The position numbers were made by a program, and so were the translations under genes. A stretch of 64,000 bases of DNA from positions 1,167-65,166 of the forward strand of contig CAMPCJ010000001.1 of NCBI GenBank assembly GCA_946645685.1. The letters run 5' to 3'. Below the pieces are notes generated by a model that was not told the origin of the DNA, ran no database searches, and was given only the letters and a program-made list of their open reading frames with translations. Shown here piece by piece: positions 44,977-55,264 of this stretch (positions are counted from its first letter, which is position 1; every line of letters starts with the position of its first letter). Origin of the DNA: an uncultured Clostridia bacterium (GTDB lineage: Bacteria > Bacillota > Clostridia > Oscillospirales > SIG627).

Positions 44977-45053
44977 AAGAGCTGGAGAGAGATCTCCGGC
45001 TCTTTCGCTTTCCGGCGGCCCGTTCGGGGCGCTTGTTGCTTTTTTCGATTTTT
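44977..45053 (+). terminator. tandem hairpins downstream of the M20 peptidase gene; the second is followed by a T-tract
   Basis: Hairpin 1: aagagctggaga/tctccggctctt, 12 bp with one G-U pair, loop gaga (44977-45004). Hairpin 2: gcggccc/ggggcgc with one mismatch (45015-45032), followed by TTGTTGCTTTTTTCGATTTTT. Confidence 0.5.
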
Positions 45054-45187
45054 AACTTTTTGTGAGAAGGAAAGAGCCGTCACAGTTTCTTGGCTCGATT
45101 GTCAAATGATCGCGCCATCCTTTGTGCAAAATGCCAGCTATAAGGAACTTTTATAGGAAAATAAGTGTACAAATTCATAAAAAAGGC

Positions 45188-45216
45188 TTGCAAAAAGGAC
45201 TGAAATAGCGTATAGT
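45188..45216 (+). promoter_or_regulatory. sigma-A promoter of hppA
   Basis: TTGCAA (45188-45193), 17-nt spacer, TATAGT (45211-45216), with an AT-rich region upstream. Confidence 0.6.
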
Positions 45217-45286
45217 CACTGTATCCCCAAATGACATCGATGGAAAGGCATATTTGCATAAAACGACCCGAAAGGAGACCTGTTCT

Positions 45287-47389
45287 TTGGATCAATTATT
45301 TTGGATCGGATTTGTGGGCGCGGCGCTCGCGCTCTTTTTTGCTCTCATGAAACGCAACAAGGTGATGAAGTTTTCCGAGGGCAACGAAAAAATGAAAAAG
45401 CTTGCCGCCGCCATCCGGGAAGGGGCAAACGCTTATTTGAAGTCTCAGTATACCATTGTGAGCATTGTGTTCGCTGTGGTCTTTGTCATCCTTCTGCTGA
45501 TCGCGTTCCTTTCTCACGGGTCCCTTCTGTCCCGTGTGACGCCCTTCGCTTTTCTGACGGGCGGGATGTGGTCTATGCTCGCCGGTTTTATCGGGATGCG
45601 TATCGCCACCAATTCCAACGCCCGCACCGCCAACGCCGCGCATGAATCGCTGGATCGCGGCTTGAACGTGGCGTTTTCCGCCGGTTCCGTTATGGGCTTT
45701 ACCGTGGTAGGTCTGGGCATCCTGGACGTGACGGCGTGGTTTTTCATCCTGCGCTTCGGATTGGGGATCGACGATCCTGCGCAGTTGGGAAACATCATGG
45801 TCATGAACGGCATGGGGGCGTCCTTTATGGCGCTGTTTGCCCGTGTGGGCGGAGGCATTTATACCAAGGCTGCCGACGTGGGCGCCGACCTGGTCGGAAA
45901 AGTGGAGCAGGGGATCCCCGAGGATGACCCCCGCAACCCCGCCACCATCGCGGACAACGTGGGTGACAACGTGGGCGACGTGGCTGGTATGGGCGCCGAT
46001 CTCTACGAGTCTTACGTGGGCTCCATTCTCGCCACCTTCGCGCTTTCTTCCGTGGCGGGATACGGCTGGGAGGGTATGTTCCTTCCCATGGCGCTCGCCG
46101 TAAGCGGGATCCTGTGCAGCCTCATCGGGTCGCTTTTGGTGCGTACCAAAGAAAACGCCACGCAGCGCAATCTTTTGACCAGTCTGCGCACCGGCACCTA
46201 TACGGCGGCGATCCTCAGCGCTGTCGCGGCGGCGCCCTTGTGCTGGCTGATCATCGGCAAGATCGGGCGGCATACCGTGCGCTGCTGGGGCATTTACATT
46301 GCCATTCTGGCAGGACTTCTGGGCGGAACGCTCATCGGGTACTTTACCGAGTATTACACCTCCGACAACTATAAGCCCACCCGGAAGCTGGCGGCGTCGT
46401 CCGAGACCGGCCCCGCCACCGTGATCATCGGGGGCGTGGCGCTGGGCATCCGCTCCACCATGTCTTCCATTCTCATCGTTTGCGGGGCGATCATCGTCAG
46501 CTTCTTCGCCGCGGGCGGTATTAACGATTTCAAGCAGGGACTTTACGGGATCGGCATTGCCGGCGTGGGGATGCTCTCCACATTGGGCATTACACTCGCC
46601 ACGGACGCCTACGGACCCGTGGCGGACAACGCCGGCGGTATCGCCGAAATGGCGGGGCTTCCGGAGGAGGTGCGCAACCGTACCGACGCGCTGGATTCCC
46701 TGGGCAACACCACCGCCGCCACCGGCAAGGGCTTTGCCATCGGCTCCGCGTCGCTCACGTCTCTGGCGTTGATCTTTTCGTTTACCAGCATCGTACAGAG
46801 CAAGACCACGGAGCATTTGCTCTTTGAACTAATCAACCCCAACGTTTTGGTCGGGCTCTTCATCGGCGCCATGCTCACCTTCGTTTTTTCCGCGCTAACC
46901 ATGTCTGCCGTGCAGACCGCCGCTCAATCCGTGGTACGGGAAGTGCGCCGTCAGTTCAAGGAGATCAAGGGCATCATGGAATACAAAGCGGATCCCATGT
47001 ATTCCCGGTGCGTTGCGCTGTGCACCAAAGGGGCGCTTCATGAAATGATCGCCCCGGCGCTCCTCGCCCTGCTTGTGCCTCTTGTCACCGGCGTGATATT
47101 GGGACCCACCGGCGTGGTAGGTCTTTTGGGCGGCGTCTCCGTGACCGGCTTCGCCATGGCGGTGTTTATGTCCAACGCCGGCGGCGCCTGGGACAACGCG
47201 AAGAAGTATATTGAAAGCGGGCACCACGGCGGGAAAGGCAGCGAACAGCACAAAGCCGCCGTTGTGGGAGACACCGTCGGCGATCCTTTCAAGGATACCT
47301 CGGGACCTTCTCTCAACATTTTGATCAAGCTTTGTTCCACGGTCGCCATCATCCTCTCCGGCGTGTTCGTCTCCTTCCACCTTCTGTGA
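45287..47389 (+). CDS. hppA: membrane-bound ion-translocating pyrophosphatase, K+-dependent subtype by motif
   Basis: About 16 TM helices; DNVGDNVGD and GGAWDNAKK motifs. [10 protein letters not shown] has Ala rather than Lys at the K+-dependence determinant. Start set at TTG 45287, 8 nt after AAAGGAG. Confidence 0.92.
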   Translation: MDQLFWIGFVGAALALFFALMKRNKVMKFSEGNEKMKKLAAAIREGANAYLKSQYTIVSIVFAVVFVILLLIAFLSHGSLLSRVTPFAFLTGGMWSMLAGFIGMRIATNSNARTANAAHESLDRGLNVAFSAGSVMGFTVVGLGILDVTAWFFILRFGLGIDDPAQLGNIMVMNGMGASFMALFARVGGGIYTKAADVGADLVGKVEQGIPEDDPRNPATIADNVGDNVGDVAGMGADLYESYVGSILATFALSSVAGYGWEGMFLPMALAVSGILCSLIGSLLVRTKENATQRNLLTSLRTGTYTAAILSAVAAAPLCWLIIGKIGRHTVRCWGIYIAILAGLLGGTLIGYFTEYYTSDNYKPTRKLAASSETGPATVIIGGVALGIRSTMSSILIVCGAIIVSFFAAGGINDFKQGLYGIGIAGVGMLSTLGITLATDAYGPVADNAGGIAEMAGLPEEVRNRTDALDSLGNTTAATGKGFAIGSASLTSLALIFSFTSIVQSKTTEHLLFELINPNVLVGLFIGAMLTFVFSALTMSAVQTAAQSVVREVRRQFKEIKGIMEYKADPMYSRCVALCTKGALHEMIAPALLALLVPLVTGVILGPTGVVGLLGGVSVTGFAMAVFMSNAGGAWDNAKKYIESGHHGGKGSEQHKAAVVGDTVGDPFKDTSGPSLNILIKLCSTVAIILSGVFVSFHLL

Positions 47390-47403
47390 CAAAAGTTTTT
47401 CTC

Positions 47404-47433
47404 ATCGGCGCCCTTTCGGGGCGCCGATTTTTA
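47404..47433 (+). terminator. rho-independent terminator after hppA
   Basis: Stem atcggcgccc/gggcgccgat followed by TTTTT. Confidence 0.85.
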
Positions 47434-47453
47434 TAGAAAAACGGAAAAGCCCT

Positions 47454-47482
47454 TTACTTTTCCGCTCAGGGTATGATACAAT
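47454..47482 (+). promoter_or_regulatory. putative promoter of the NlpC/P60-like gene
   Basis: TTACTT, 17-nt spacer, TGaTACAAT. Confidence 0.45.
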
Positions 47483-47542
47483 AAGGTGAATACAAAAGCG
47501 ACGGGGCGCTTTTACGACCGTCGCGTGAAAAGAGGGAGCCTT

Positions 47543-48313
47543 ATGAGTAACAAGCGCAAACTTCGCCCTCGCGGTGTTGTCATTCTGGTTTGTTTCTTTG
47601 CTTTGATCTGCGTGATCGTAGGTTTGATCATCGGAAAGCTGGTGGCGAATAACGATCAGAACGGGGGGAAGGCGCCGGAGCAAGCCACGCCTGCCGCCTC
47701 TACGCCTGCTCCTTCTTCCAAGCCTTCTCCCGCCTCCCCCGATCAGACGGCGACCGCCGAAACGAAAGAGACCGCGGAGACGGAAACCAAAGAGCCTGCC
47801 GAGACCAAACAACCGGTGGAGACCAAAGAGCCTGCCGAGACCAAAGAACCCGTCGAGACGAAAGAGCCGGTCGAAACGCAGGAGAAGCCCGCTGCGGATC
47901 CCGCTTCCGTGCCGTCGGAGCAAGCTCCTTCGAAAGTGGCGTCCGCTGTGGTGGATCTGGCGAAGAGCCTCCTCGGGAAGCCCTGGCGGAGCGGCGGAAA
48001 GGGTCCCAACAGCTTCGATAATACCGGTCTCGTTTCCTATGTTTTCGCGCAAAACGGCGTAAAGGACAAGCTTGTTTCCACCGCTGATATGAAGAAAGCG
48101 GGGAAAGAGGTCTCCCGGGATCAGCTCAAGCCCGGCGACCTTGTCATCTTTACCAACGAGCCGCAGGATAGAGGAGAGTTTGTGGGTATTTACATCGGCA
48201 ACGATGAGTTCATCGCCAGCTTCCACCAGACCAAGCCCGTGAGCATCGCCACCATGAAAGCGGGCAGCTACTGGGGCACCCACTTCATCACTGCCCGCCG
48301 CCTGGCGGACTGA
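47543..48313 (+). CDS. membrane-anchored NlpC/P60-domain protein with substituted catalytic triad
   Basis: AGAGGGAG RBS, N-terminal TM, a repeat linker, and a C-terminal NlpC/P60 fold (GKPWRSGGKGPNSFDNTGLVSYV ... GDLVIF ... EFVGIYIGNDEFIAS). Asn, Phe and Ser occupy the Cys, His and His positions. Confidence 0.75.
   Translation: MSNKRKLRPRGVVILVCFFALICVIVGLIIGKLVANNDQNGGKAPEQATPAASTPAPSSKPSPASPDQTATAETKETAETETKEPAETKQPVETKEPAETKEPVETKEPVETQEKPAADPASVPSEQAPSKVASAVVDLAKSLLGKPWRSGGKGPNSFDNTGLVSYVFAQNGVKDKLVSTADMKKAGKEVSRDQLKPGDLVIFTNEPQDRGEFVGIYIGNDEFIASFHQTKPVSIATMKAGSYWGTHFITARRLAD
47756..47890 (+). repeat. in-frame 18-nt tandem repeat encoding about 7 copies of [AV]-E-T-K-[EQ]-[PT]
   Basis: Translates to AETKETAETETKEPAETKQPVETKEPAETKEPVETKEPVETQEKP. 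The DNA units (gagaccaaagagcctgcc and variants) are visibly periodic. Confidence 0.85.
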
Positions 48314-48324
48314 GTGTCCTTTCA

Positions 48325-48372
48325 ACGACAAAAAAAGATCCAAGCGAAAAGCTTGGATCTTTTTTTGTCGTT
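48325..48372. terminator. bidirectional terminator between the NlpC/P60-like gene and fba
   Basis: Extended palindrome acgacaaaaaaagatccaagc-gaaaa-gcttggatctttttttgtcgt. Confidence 0.85.
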
Positions 48373-48376
48373 ATGT

Positions 48377-49345
48377 TCAGGCCTTGCCGGCGCAGCCCAG
48401 AACGTCCACCAGCTTGTGGCGAACCAGTTCCTTGATGTTGGCGCGGGCGGGCTTCAGGTATTCGCGAGGATCGAACTTGTCGGGATGCTCGTCAAAGAAG
48501 CTGCGGATGGTACCGGTCATGGCAAGACGAAGATCGGAGTCGATATTGATCTTGCACACGGCGGAACGGGCGGCTTCACGGAGCTGTTCTTCGGGAATGC
48601 CGACGGCGTCGGGCATCTTTCCGCCGTGATCGTTGATCATCTTCACATATTCCTGAGGAACGGAAGAGGAGCCGTGGAGCACGATGGGGAAGCCGGGCAG
48701 TCTCTTTTCACATTCGTGCAGAACGTCGAAACGCAGGGGTGGGGGAACCAGAATGCCCTTTTCGTTCCGGGTGCACTGGGCGGCGGTGAACTTGTAGGCG
48801 CCGTGGCTGGTGCCGATGGCGATGGCAAGGGAGTCGCAGCCGGTGCGGGAGACGAATTCTTCTACTTCTTCGGGATGGGTATAAGACGCGTCGCCGGCGG
48901 CGACCTTCACTTCGTCCTCGATCCCGGCGAGGGTCCCCAATTCCGCTTCCACGACAACGCCGTGGGCGTGGGCGTATTCAACGACCTTCTTGGTGATCTC
49001 CACGTTCTCGTCAAAGGGACGGGAAGAGGCGTCGATCATAACGGAGGTGAAACCGCCGTCGATGCAGGACTTACAGGTCTCAAAATCGGGGCCGTGATCC
49101 AGGTGCAGGGCGATGGGAAGATCGGGATTGCACAGGATGGCGGCTTCCACCAACTTCACAAGGTAATTGTGGTTGGCGTAGGCGCGGGCGCCCTTGGAAA
49201 CCTGGAGGATAACAGGGGCGTTCTCTTCGGCGCAAGCCTCGGTGATGCCCTGGACGATCTCCATGTTGTTCACGTTGAAGGCGCCGATGGCGTATCCGCC
49301 GTTGTATGCCTTTTTGAACATTTCGGTAGTTGTGACTAATGGCAT
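48377..49345 (-). CDS. fba: class II fructose-1,6-bisphosphate aldolase
   Basis: ALHLDHG and GTSHGAYKF motifs. N-terminus MPLVTTTEMFKKAYNGGYAIGAFNVNNME. Confidence 0.95.
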   Translation of the reverse strand: MPLVTTTEMFKKAYNGGYAIGAFNVNNMEIVQGITEACAEENAPVILQVSKGARAYANHNYLVKLVEAAILCNPDLPIALHLDHGPDFETCKSCIDGGFTSVMIDASSRPFDENVEITKKVVEYAHAHGVVVEAELGTLAGIEDEVKVAAGDASYTHPEEVEEFVSRTGCDSLAIAIGTSHGAYKFTAAQCTRNEKGILVPPPLRFDVLHECEKRLPGFPIVLHGSSSVPQEYVKMINDHGGKMPDAVGIPEEQLREAARSAVCKINIDSDLRLAMTGTIRSFFDEHPDKFDPREYLKPARANIKELVRHKLVDVLGCAGKA

Positions 49346-49393
49346 AGTTCTTTACTCCTTTTTCCGTATTTACTTTACTTGGAAAGCAGGATA

Positions 49394-49422
49394 ATTTTAG
49401 CACGGGCTTATTTTTCTGTCAA
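49394..49422 (-). promoter_or_regulatory. sigma-A promoter of fba
   Basis: Minus strand: TTGACA (49422-49417), 17-nt spacer, TGcTAAAAT (-10 at 49399-49394). Confidence 0.65.
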
Positions 49423-49501
49423 GGTATAGCGGGAAAGATTTCAACTGTTTTTCGACTGCCGAAAAAGAGCGGGCAAACGAATAAAATCAAGCCGTTTTTG
49501 A

Positions 49502-49530
49502 TTGACTTTGACGTCGTATTATGATAGAAT
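49502..49530 (+). promoter_or_regulatory. sigma-A promoter of ruvCAB
   Basis: TTGACT (49502-49507), 17-nt spacer, TGaTAGAAT (-10 at 49525-49530). Confidence 0.6.
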
Positions 49531-49593
49531 ATATTGATTTTATATACACAAGGGTGATTTCCGGCTTCAAGAAGCGAAAAAGAGGTGAGGCAC

Positions 49594-50124
49594 ATGGTCA
49601 TTTTGGGCATCGATCCCGGCATAGCCACCACCGGCTACGGGGTGTGCGCGTATGACAACGTGCATTTTCACTATCGTGACTGCGGCGTCATTGAAACGGC
49701 AAAGGGGCAACGGGTGGAGGTACGGCTGAAGCACGTTTACGACTCTGTTTGTCACCTGATCGAGACGTATCAGCCGGACGCTCTTGCCATTGAAGAGTTG
49801 TTTTATTACAACAACCAAAAGACCGTGATCAACGTGGCGCAGGCGCGGGGCGTAGTCCTGCTGGCGGCGGAGCAGCATCATCTGCCCATTTCGGAATATA
49901 CCCCTTTGCAGGTGAAGCAGGCGGTGGTTGGCTACGGCAGGGCGGAGAAGCGGCAGGTGCAGGAAATGGTGCGCATCATCTTTCGTCTCCCGGGGATCCC
50001 GAGGCCGGACGACGCGGCGGACGCCCTTGCCATCGCGGTGTGCCACGGGTACCGCTCCGCGTCCCGTATCGCCGTGGCGCAGATGAAGAATCTCGCCGAT
50101 TCCAAAAAAACCGGAGGCAATTAA
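49594..50124 (+). CDS. ruvC: crossover junction endodeoxyribonuclease RuvC
   Basis: Catalytic acidic residues in ILGIDPG, AIEELF and DDAADALAIAVCH. Start ATG 49594 follows AGAGGTGA. Confidence 0.9.
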   Translation: MVILGIDPGIATTGYGVCAYDNVHFHYRDCGVIETAKGQRVEVRLKHVYDSVCHLIETYQPDALAIEELFYYNNQKTVINVAQARGVVLLAAEQHHLPISEYTPLQVKQAVVGYGRAEKRQVQEMVRIIFRLPGIPRPDDAADALAIAVCHGYRSASRIAVAQMKNLADSKKTGGN

Positions 50125-50745
50125 ATGTTTGATTATTTAACCGGCACCGTTGCCCGACTGGGTCAAAACGTGTGCGTGCTGGATACCCGCGGCATCGGAT
50201 GGAGCTTGATCATCAGCGACAAAAGCGCCGGTCACATCGCCCGACAGAAGGAGAAGGAGATCCGGGTCTACACCTATCTGAACTGCGGCTCCGGCGATCG
50301 CGCCGTGATGGAGCTGTACGGCTTTTATCAGCAGGAAGAGCGGGATATGTTCAACCGGCTCATCGGTGTTTCCGGCATCGGCCCGAAAGCGGCGATCGCC
50401 ATTCTGTCCGCGCTGGACGCCCGGGATCTGGCGATGTGTATCCTCTCCGGAGATGCAAAATCCATTGCCCGCGCCCAGGGCGTCGGATTGAAAACGGCGC
50501 AAAAGATCATCCTGGAATTGAAGGATAAAGTGAGCCGGGACGCCACGTCATCCTCCGCCGTTTCCGATCCCGGGGAGGCGGGCGCCCCCGCCGGTATGAC
50601 GACGGAAGCGGTGAACGCCCTGGTGGTCCTCGGATACCCCGTCCCCGTGGCGGCGGCCGCCGTGCGGAGGGCGCAGGGAGAAGCGAAGGATCTGGAGGAC
50701 TTGATCCGTTTGGCTTTGAAGAGCATGAACAGTGAGGAAAAGTAA
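50125..50745 (+). CDS. ruvA: Holliday junction DNA helicase subunit RuvA
   Basis: MFDYLTGTV... OB-fold N-terminus and HhH motifs ([33 protein letters not shown]). Confidence 0.92.
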   Translation: MFDYLTGTVARLGQNVCVLDTRGIGWSLIISDKSAGHIARQKEKEIRVYTYLNCGSGDRAVMELYGFYQQEERDMFNRLIGVSGIGPKAAIAILSALDARDLAMCILSGDAKSIARAQGVGLKTAQKIILELKDKVSRDATSSSAVSDPGEAGAPAGMTTEAVNALVVLGYPVPVAAAAVRRAQGEAKDLEDLIRLALKSMNSEEK

Positions 50746-50746
50746 C

Positions 50747-51832
50747 GTGGAACAACAGTTTGAGTCGGATTATGAAAACCGCATCGTAAGCGCCCGCTTT
50801 ACGCCGATGGACGCGGAGACGGAGGGCGGCGAAGAAAACTCCCTGCGTCCCCAGACTTTGGAGGATTATGTGGGCCAGGAAAAGACCAAGGACAACCTGC
50901 GGGTCTTCATCCAGGCCGCTAAAATGCGGGGCGAGGCGCTGGATCACATCCTTTTGTACGGACCTCCCGGCTTGGGTAAGACCACGCTCTCCCACATCAT
51001 CGCCAACGAACTGGGAGTCAATATCCGCATCACCTCCGGTCCGGCTATCGAAAAGCCCGGCGATCTCGCCGCCATCCTTTCCGGCCTGTCCGCCGGCGAC
51101 GTTCTCTTTATCGACGAGATCCACCGCCTTTCCCGCGCGGTAGAGGAGATCCTCTATCCCGCCATGGAGGATTTTGCGCTGGACATCATCATGGGTCAGG
51201 GACCCGCTGCCCGGAGCATCCGTATCCCCCTGGAGAAATTTACGCTCATCGGCGCGACGACCCGGGCGGGATCCCTTTCCAGCCCCCTTCGCGATCGCTT
51301 CGGTATGCTGATGCGCCTGGAGTTGTATACGGTGGAGGAGCTGGGGCGCATCGTCACGCGATCCGCCGGGATCCTGGGGATCCCCGTGGAAGAGGACGGC
51401 GCTTTGGAGATCGCTTCCCGCAGTCGGGGCACCCCCCGTATCGCCAACCGTCTTTTGAAACGGGTGCGGGATTTTGCGCTGGTGCGCGGGGACGGGGTCA
51501 TCACCGTCGATATTGCCCGCCACGCGCTGGAAAAGCTGGAGATTGACGAATTGGGACTTGATAAGATCGACCGGAAGCTTCTTTCCGCCATCATCAAGAG
51601 CTTTTCCGGAGGACCCGTCGGCTTGGAGACCCTTTCCGCCACCATTGGCGAGGAAGCCGTCACCATCGAAGACGTTTACGAGCCTTATCTAATGCAGATC
51701 GGCTTTTTGTCCCGCACGCCCCGGGGGCGCTGCGCCACACCCCTCGCCTACGAGCATCTGGGCGTGGCGTTTCAACCGGCGGCAGACGCTCAGCTTTCCT
51801 TTGACGACGTGAACGGCGGAGGGGAAGACTGA
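50747..51832 (+). CDS. ruvB: Holliday junction DNA helicase subunit RuvB
   Basis: [12 protein letters not shown], Walker [11 protein letters not shown], Walker [10 protein letters not shown]. Start set at GTG 50747 (GAGGA 8 nt upstream); GTG 50732 is the alternative. Confidence 0.93.
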   Translation: MEQQFESDYENRIVSARFTPMDAETEGGEENSLRPQTLEDYVGQEKTKDNLRVFIQAAKMRGEALDHILLYGPPGLGKTTLSHIIANELGVNIRITSGPAIEKPGDLAAILSGLSAGDVLFIDEIHRLSRAVEEILYPAMEDFALDIIMGQGPAARSIRIPLEKFTLIGATTRAGSLSSPLRDRFGMLMRLELYTVEELGRIVTRSAGILGIPVEEDGALEIASRSRGTPRIANRLLKRVRDFALVRGDGVITVDIARHALEKLEIDELGLDKIDRKLLSAIIKSFSGGPVGLETLSATIGEEAVTIEDVYEPYLMQIGFLSRTPRGRCATPLAYEHLGVAFQPAADAQLSFDDVNGGGED

Positions 51833-52704
51833 TGTGGTGCGCCGCGGATACCGGAGACTATGAACTGTTAGACGCCTCCGACGGGGAAAGACTGGAGAAA
51901 TGGGGCACGTTTACGCTTGTCCGTCCGGATCCTCAGGTCATCTGGCACGGTCTTCGCCGTCATGCAGCCTGGAGCAAGGCGGACGCGTCTTACAGGCGCT
52001 CCTCCTCCGGCGGCGGCGCCTGGAGCGAAAACCGTCTGCCGCCGTCCTGGCGCTGCCGGATCGGTTCCTATGCGTTTCACATTCGCCCCATGGGCTTTAA
52101 GCACACCGGCGTTTTTCCGGAGCAGGCGGTCAATTGGGCTTGGATGGACGATCTGATCCGCCGCCGCAAGGCAAGGGGCACAGACGTGCGCGTTTTGAAT
52201 TTGTTTGCTTATACCGGCGGCGCCACCGTGGCGTGCGCCAAAGCCGGCGCTTCCGTCGTCCACGTGGACGCGGCGAAAAATATGGTCGCCCTCGCCCGGG
52301 AAAACATGGCGCTGAACGGATTGGAAAACGCTCCCTGCCGCTACATTGTGGACGACTGCCTGAAATTTGTCCGCAGAGAACTGCGCCGCGGCAATCGCTA
52401 CGAAGGCATCGTGATGGATCCTCCCTCCTACGGCCGCGGCCCGAAGGGAGAGACCTGGCGCCTGGAAGACAACATCCACGAATTGGTGAAAGAAGCGGCG
52501 CAGCTGCTTTCCGAGGATCCCCTGTTTTTCCTGATCAATTCTTATACCACCGGCCTCTCCGCCGGAGCCGTGGCGTACCTCGCCAAGGAAGAAGTCGCGT
52601 CCGGGCGCTCGGGAACGCTCACCTCCGACGAGGTGGGACTTATGGTGCGGCAAACCGGTATGCCCGTACCCTGCGGCAGCGCCGTCCGATGGGAAAAGGA
52701 GTAA
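51832..52704 (+). CDS. class I SAM-dependent methyltransferase (RlmI/YwbD-like catalytic domain)
   Basis: [28 protein letters not shown] (SAM-binding) and MDPPSYGRG motifs. TGATG overlap with ruvB. Confidence 0.75.
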   Translation: MWCAADTGDYELLDASDGERLEKWGTFTLVRPDPQVIWHGLRRHAAWSKADASYRRSSSGGGAWSENRLPPSWRCRIGSYAFHIRPMGFKHTGVFPEQAVNWAWMDDLIRRRKARGTDVRVLNLFAYTGGATVACAKAGASVVHVDAAKNMVALARENMALNGLENAPCRYIVDDCLKFVRRELRRGNRYEGIVMDPPSYGRGPKGETWRLEDNIHELVKEAAQLLSEDPLFFLINSYTTGLSAGAVAYLAKEEVASGRSGTLTSDEVGLMVRQTGMPVPCGSAVRWEKE

Positions 52705-52708
52705 AGCC

Positions 52709-53584
52709 TTGCAAAAAGAAGCCATTATCACTTGTACGGATCTCACCTTTCGTTATGACACGGATCAACCCGCCGCCCGCCCGGCGGTGGATGGTGTTTC
52801 CCTGACCGTCCGAAGAGGCGAATTCCTGGTGGTTCTGGGTCGGAACGGCAGCGGAAAATCCACTCTTGCCAAACTGATGAACGGCATTCTCCTTCCCGTG
52901 GAAGGGACCGTTCTGGTGGGCGATATGGATACTGCGGATGAAAAATATCTCATCCCCATTCGCCGGAAGGTGGGAATGGTGTTTCAGAATCCCGATAACC
53001 AGTTGGTCTCCAACGTGGTGGAGGAGGACGTGGCGTTCGGCCCGGAAAACCTGGGCGTCCCGCCCGCCGAGATCCGCCGCCGTGTGGACGAAGCGCTTCA
53101 GACCGTTGGGATGAGTGAATACGCTCACCACGCGCCACACAAGCTTTCCGGCGGTCAGAAGCAGCGCGTCGCCATTGCCGGCGTTCTGGCGATGAAGCCC
53201 GACTGTCTGATCCTGGATGAAGCCACCGCCATGCTGGATCCCCGCGGCAGGCAGGAAATCATGGAAACCATCACCACGCTGAACAAAAAGCACGGGATCA
53301 CCGTCGTTCTGATCACACACCATATGGAAGAAGCCATCGCGGCGGATCGTGTGGTGGTCATGGAAAAAGGACGTGTGACGGAGGAGGGGACTCCCCGGGA
53401 GATCTTCTCCCACGTGGAAAAGATGAAGCGGGCGGGGCTCGGCGTTCCCCAGGTCACGGAGTTGATCCACGAACTGTCCTGGGACGGGTCACTGAGCGGG
53501 CGTTATTCGTTTCCCTCCGGCATTCTGACCGAAGCGGAAGCGGCGGAATTTTTCACAGAGCTTTTGGAAAAGAATCATGGCTGA
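52709..53584 (+). CDS. ecfA: energy-coupling factor transporter ATPase (EcfA1)
   Basis: Walker [37 protein letters not shown] start after AAAAGGAG. Conserved ecfA-ecfA'-ecfT-truA gene order. Confidence 0.92.
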   Translation: MQKEAIITCTDLTFRYDTDQPAARPAVDGVSLTVRRGEFLVVLGRNGSGKSTLAKLMNGILLPVEGTVLVGDMDTADEKYLIPIRRKVGMVFQNPDNQLVSNVVEEDVAFGPENLGVPPAEIRRRVDEALQTVGMSEYAHHAPHKLSGGQKQRVAIAGVLAMKPDCLILDEATAMLDPRGRQEIMETITTLNKKHGITVVLITHHMEEAIAADRVVVMEKGRVTEEGTPREIFSHVEKMKRAGLGVPQVTELIHELSWDGSLSGRYSFPSGILTEAEAAEFFTELLEKNHG

Positions 53585-54443
53585 AATCAGATTAGAAGAC
53601 GTTTCCTACCTGTACGGCGCGGACACGCCCTTTGCCACAGCCGCCCTTTCCCACGTGAGTTTGACTTTGGGGGAGGATCGCACCATTGGTGTGATCGGGC
53701 ACACGGGCAGCGGAAAATCCACCCTGGCGCAGCTTTTGAACGGCATCCTCCGCCCTACCCGGGGCAGAGTGCTTTTGGACGGGAAGGATATTTTCGCGGA
53801 TCCGAAGAAAATCGGCGCGATCCGCTTTCGCGTCGGGTTGGTTTTTCAGTATCCGGAGTATCAGCTCTTTGAAGAGACCGCACGGCGGGACATTGCCTTC
53901 GGTCCCCGCAATATGGGAAAAAGCGATGATGAAATTGCCGCTCTGGTGGAAGAAGCGGCGCGCTTTACCGGGCTGGATGAAAAACTGCTGGAGCGCTCTC
54001 CCTTCGAATTGTCCGGGGGACAAAAACGCCGGGTCGCCATCGCGGGCGTTCTGGCGATGGATCCGGAGGTTTTGATCCTGGACGAGCCCGCCGCCGGACT
54101 GGATCCCGCCGGAAAGCAGGAGATCCTGACTCGCCTGCGGGCGTATCAGCGGGAGAAGAAAAAAACCATGATCCTGATCTCCCACAGTATGGAGGATATG
54201 GCGGTCTTTGCCGATGAGATCGTGGTGATGAAACACGGCACCGTTTTTTGTCACGATACGACGGACGGCGTTTTCAGCGATCCCGAACGCGTGCGGGAAG
54301 CGGGGCTTGAGCTGCCCCAGATCACCCGTTTGATGATGGCGCTTGCCGCCAAAGGTGTTCCCGTAGACACCGGCATCCATACCGTCAAAGCGGCAAAGGC
54401 GTGTTTATCCGCCCTTTTAAAAGGGGGTGACGCGCCGTGCTGA
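53577..54443 (+). CDS. ecfA: energy-coupling factor transporter ATPase (EcfA2)
   Basis: Walker [34 protein letters not shown]. 8-nt overlap with ecfA1. Confidence 0.92.
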   Translation: MAEIRLEDVSYLYGADTPFATAALSHVSLTLGEDRTIGVIGHTGSGKSTLAQLLNGILRPTRGRVLLDGKDIFADPKKIGAIRFRVGLVFQYPEYQLFEETARRDIAFGPRNMGKSDDEIAALVEEAARFTGLDEKLLERSPFELSGGQKRRVAIAGVLAMDPEVLILDEPAAGLDPAGKQEILTRLRAYQREKKKTMILISHSMEDMAVFADEIVVMKHGTVFCHDTTDGVFSDPERVREAGLELPQITRLMMALAAKGVPVDTGIHTVKAAKACLSALLKGGDAPC

Positions 54444-55264
54444 AGGACATTACCTTAGGGCAGTATTTCCCCGGCTCGTCGCCTCTTCACCGGTTGGATC
54501 CCCGTTTGAAGCTTGTTTTGATGATCGCCTTCGTGGTTTTGATCTTTTTTGCCAAGACGCTTCTTTCCTTTGCCTATCTGGTGGTTCTGATGGCGGGTCT
54601 CACCGCCCTGTCCGGCATCCGCGTCAAGGCGATCCTGAAAGGGTTGAAGCCCGTGATCTTTATCGCCGTCTTCACCGCCGTGATCAATCTGTTCTGGACG
54701 ACCGGGGAGGTGCCCCTGGTGAGCTTTTGGCGCATCAACATCTATCCGGAGGGGATCTGGCGCGCCGTCTATTTGATCATCCGCATCATGGCGCTGGTGA
54801 CGGGAACGAGCCTGCTCCTCACCTACACCACCACCCCTATGGATATGACGGACGCGTTGGAAGCGCTGCTTTCTCCGCTGAAAAAGATCCGGGTGCCGGT
54901 GCACGAATTCGCTATGATGATGACGCTGGCGCTGCGCTTTGTTCCCACCCTGATCGAGGAAACGGAAAAGATCATCAACGCGCAAAAGGCGCGGGGCGCC
55001 GATTTTGAAAGCGGCAACCTCCTGCGCAGAGCCAAGGCGCTGATCCCCATTCTGGTGCCGCTCTTTGTATCTTCGTTCAGCCGCGCTTCGGAGCTTGCCA
55101 CCGCCATGGAATGCCGCTGTTACACCGGCGGAGAGGGTAGGACGAGAATGAAGCAGCTGCGTCTTACCGGCAAGGACTGGGTGATCTTTCTGATCCTGTT
55201 GTCCCTGTTCGCCGCCATCGTTCTGATCAACTTTATTCCCTTTCCCTGGGGGACGGTCCTGTGA
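54437..55264 (+). CDS. ecfT: energy-coupling factor transporter transmembrane protein EcfT
   Basis: CbiQ/EcfT-like polytopic protein with the conserved ARG coupling-helix motifs (AQKARGADF). GTG start overlaps ecfA2. Confidence 0.88.
   Translation: MLKDITLGQYFPGSSPLHRLDPRLKLVLMIAFVVLIFFAKTLLSFAYLVVLMAGLTALSGIRVKAILKGLKPVIFIAVFTAVINLFWTTGEVPLVSFWRINIYPEGIWRAVYLIIRIMALVTGTSLLLTYTTTPMDMTDALEALLSPLKKIRVPVHEFAMMMTLALRFVPTLIEETEKIINAQKARGADFESGNLLRRAKALIPILVPLFVSSFSRASELATAMECRCYTGGEGRTRMKQLRLTGKDWVIFLILLSLFAAIVLINFIPFPWGTVL

Noticed and set aside
44926-45156. A 76-aa ORF (plus overlapping small ORFs) in the long intergenic region before hppA.
   Set aside because: It has no RBS, runs through the hairpin/terminator structures, and has a Cys/Phe/Arg-rich composition unlike coding regions here.
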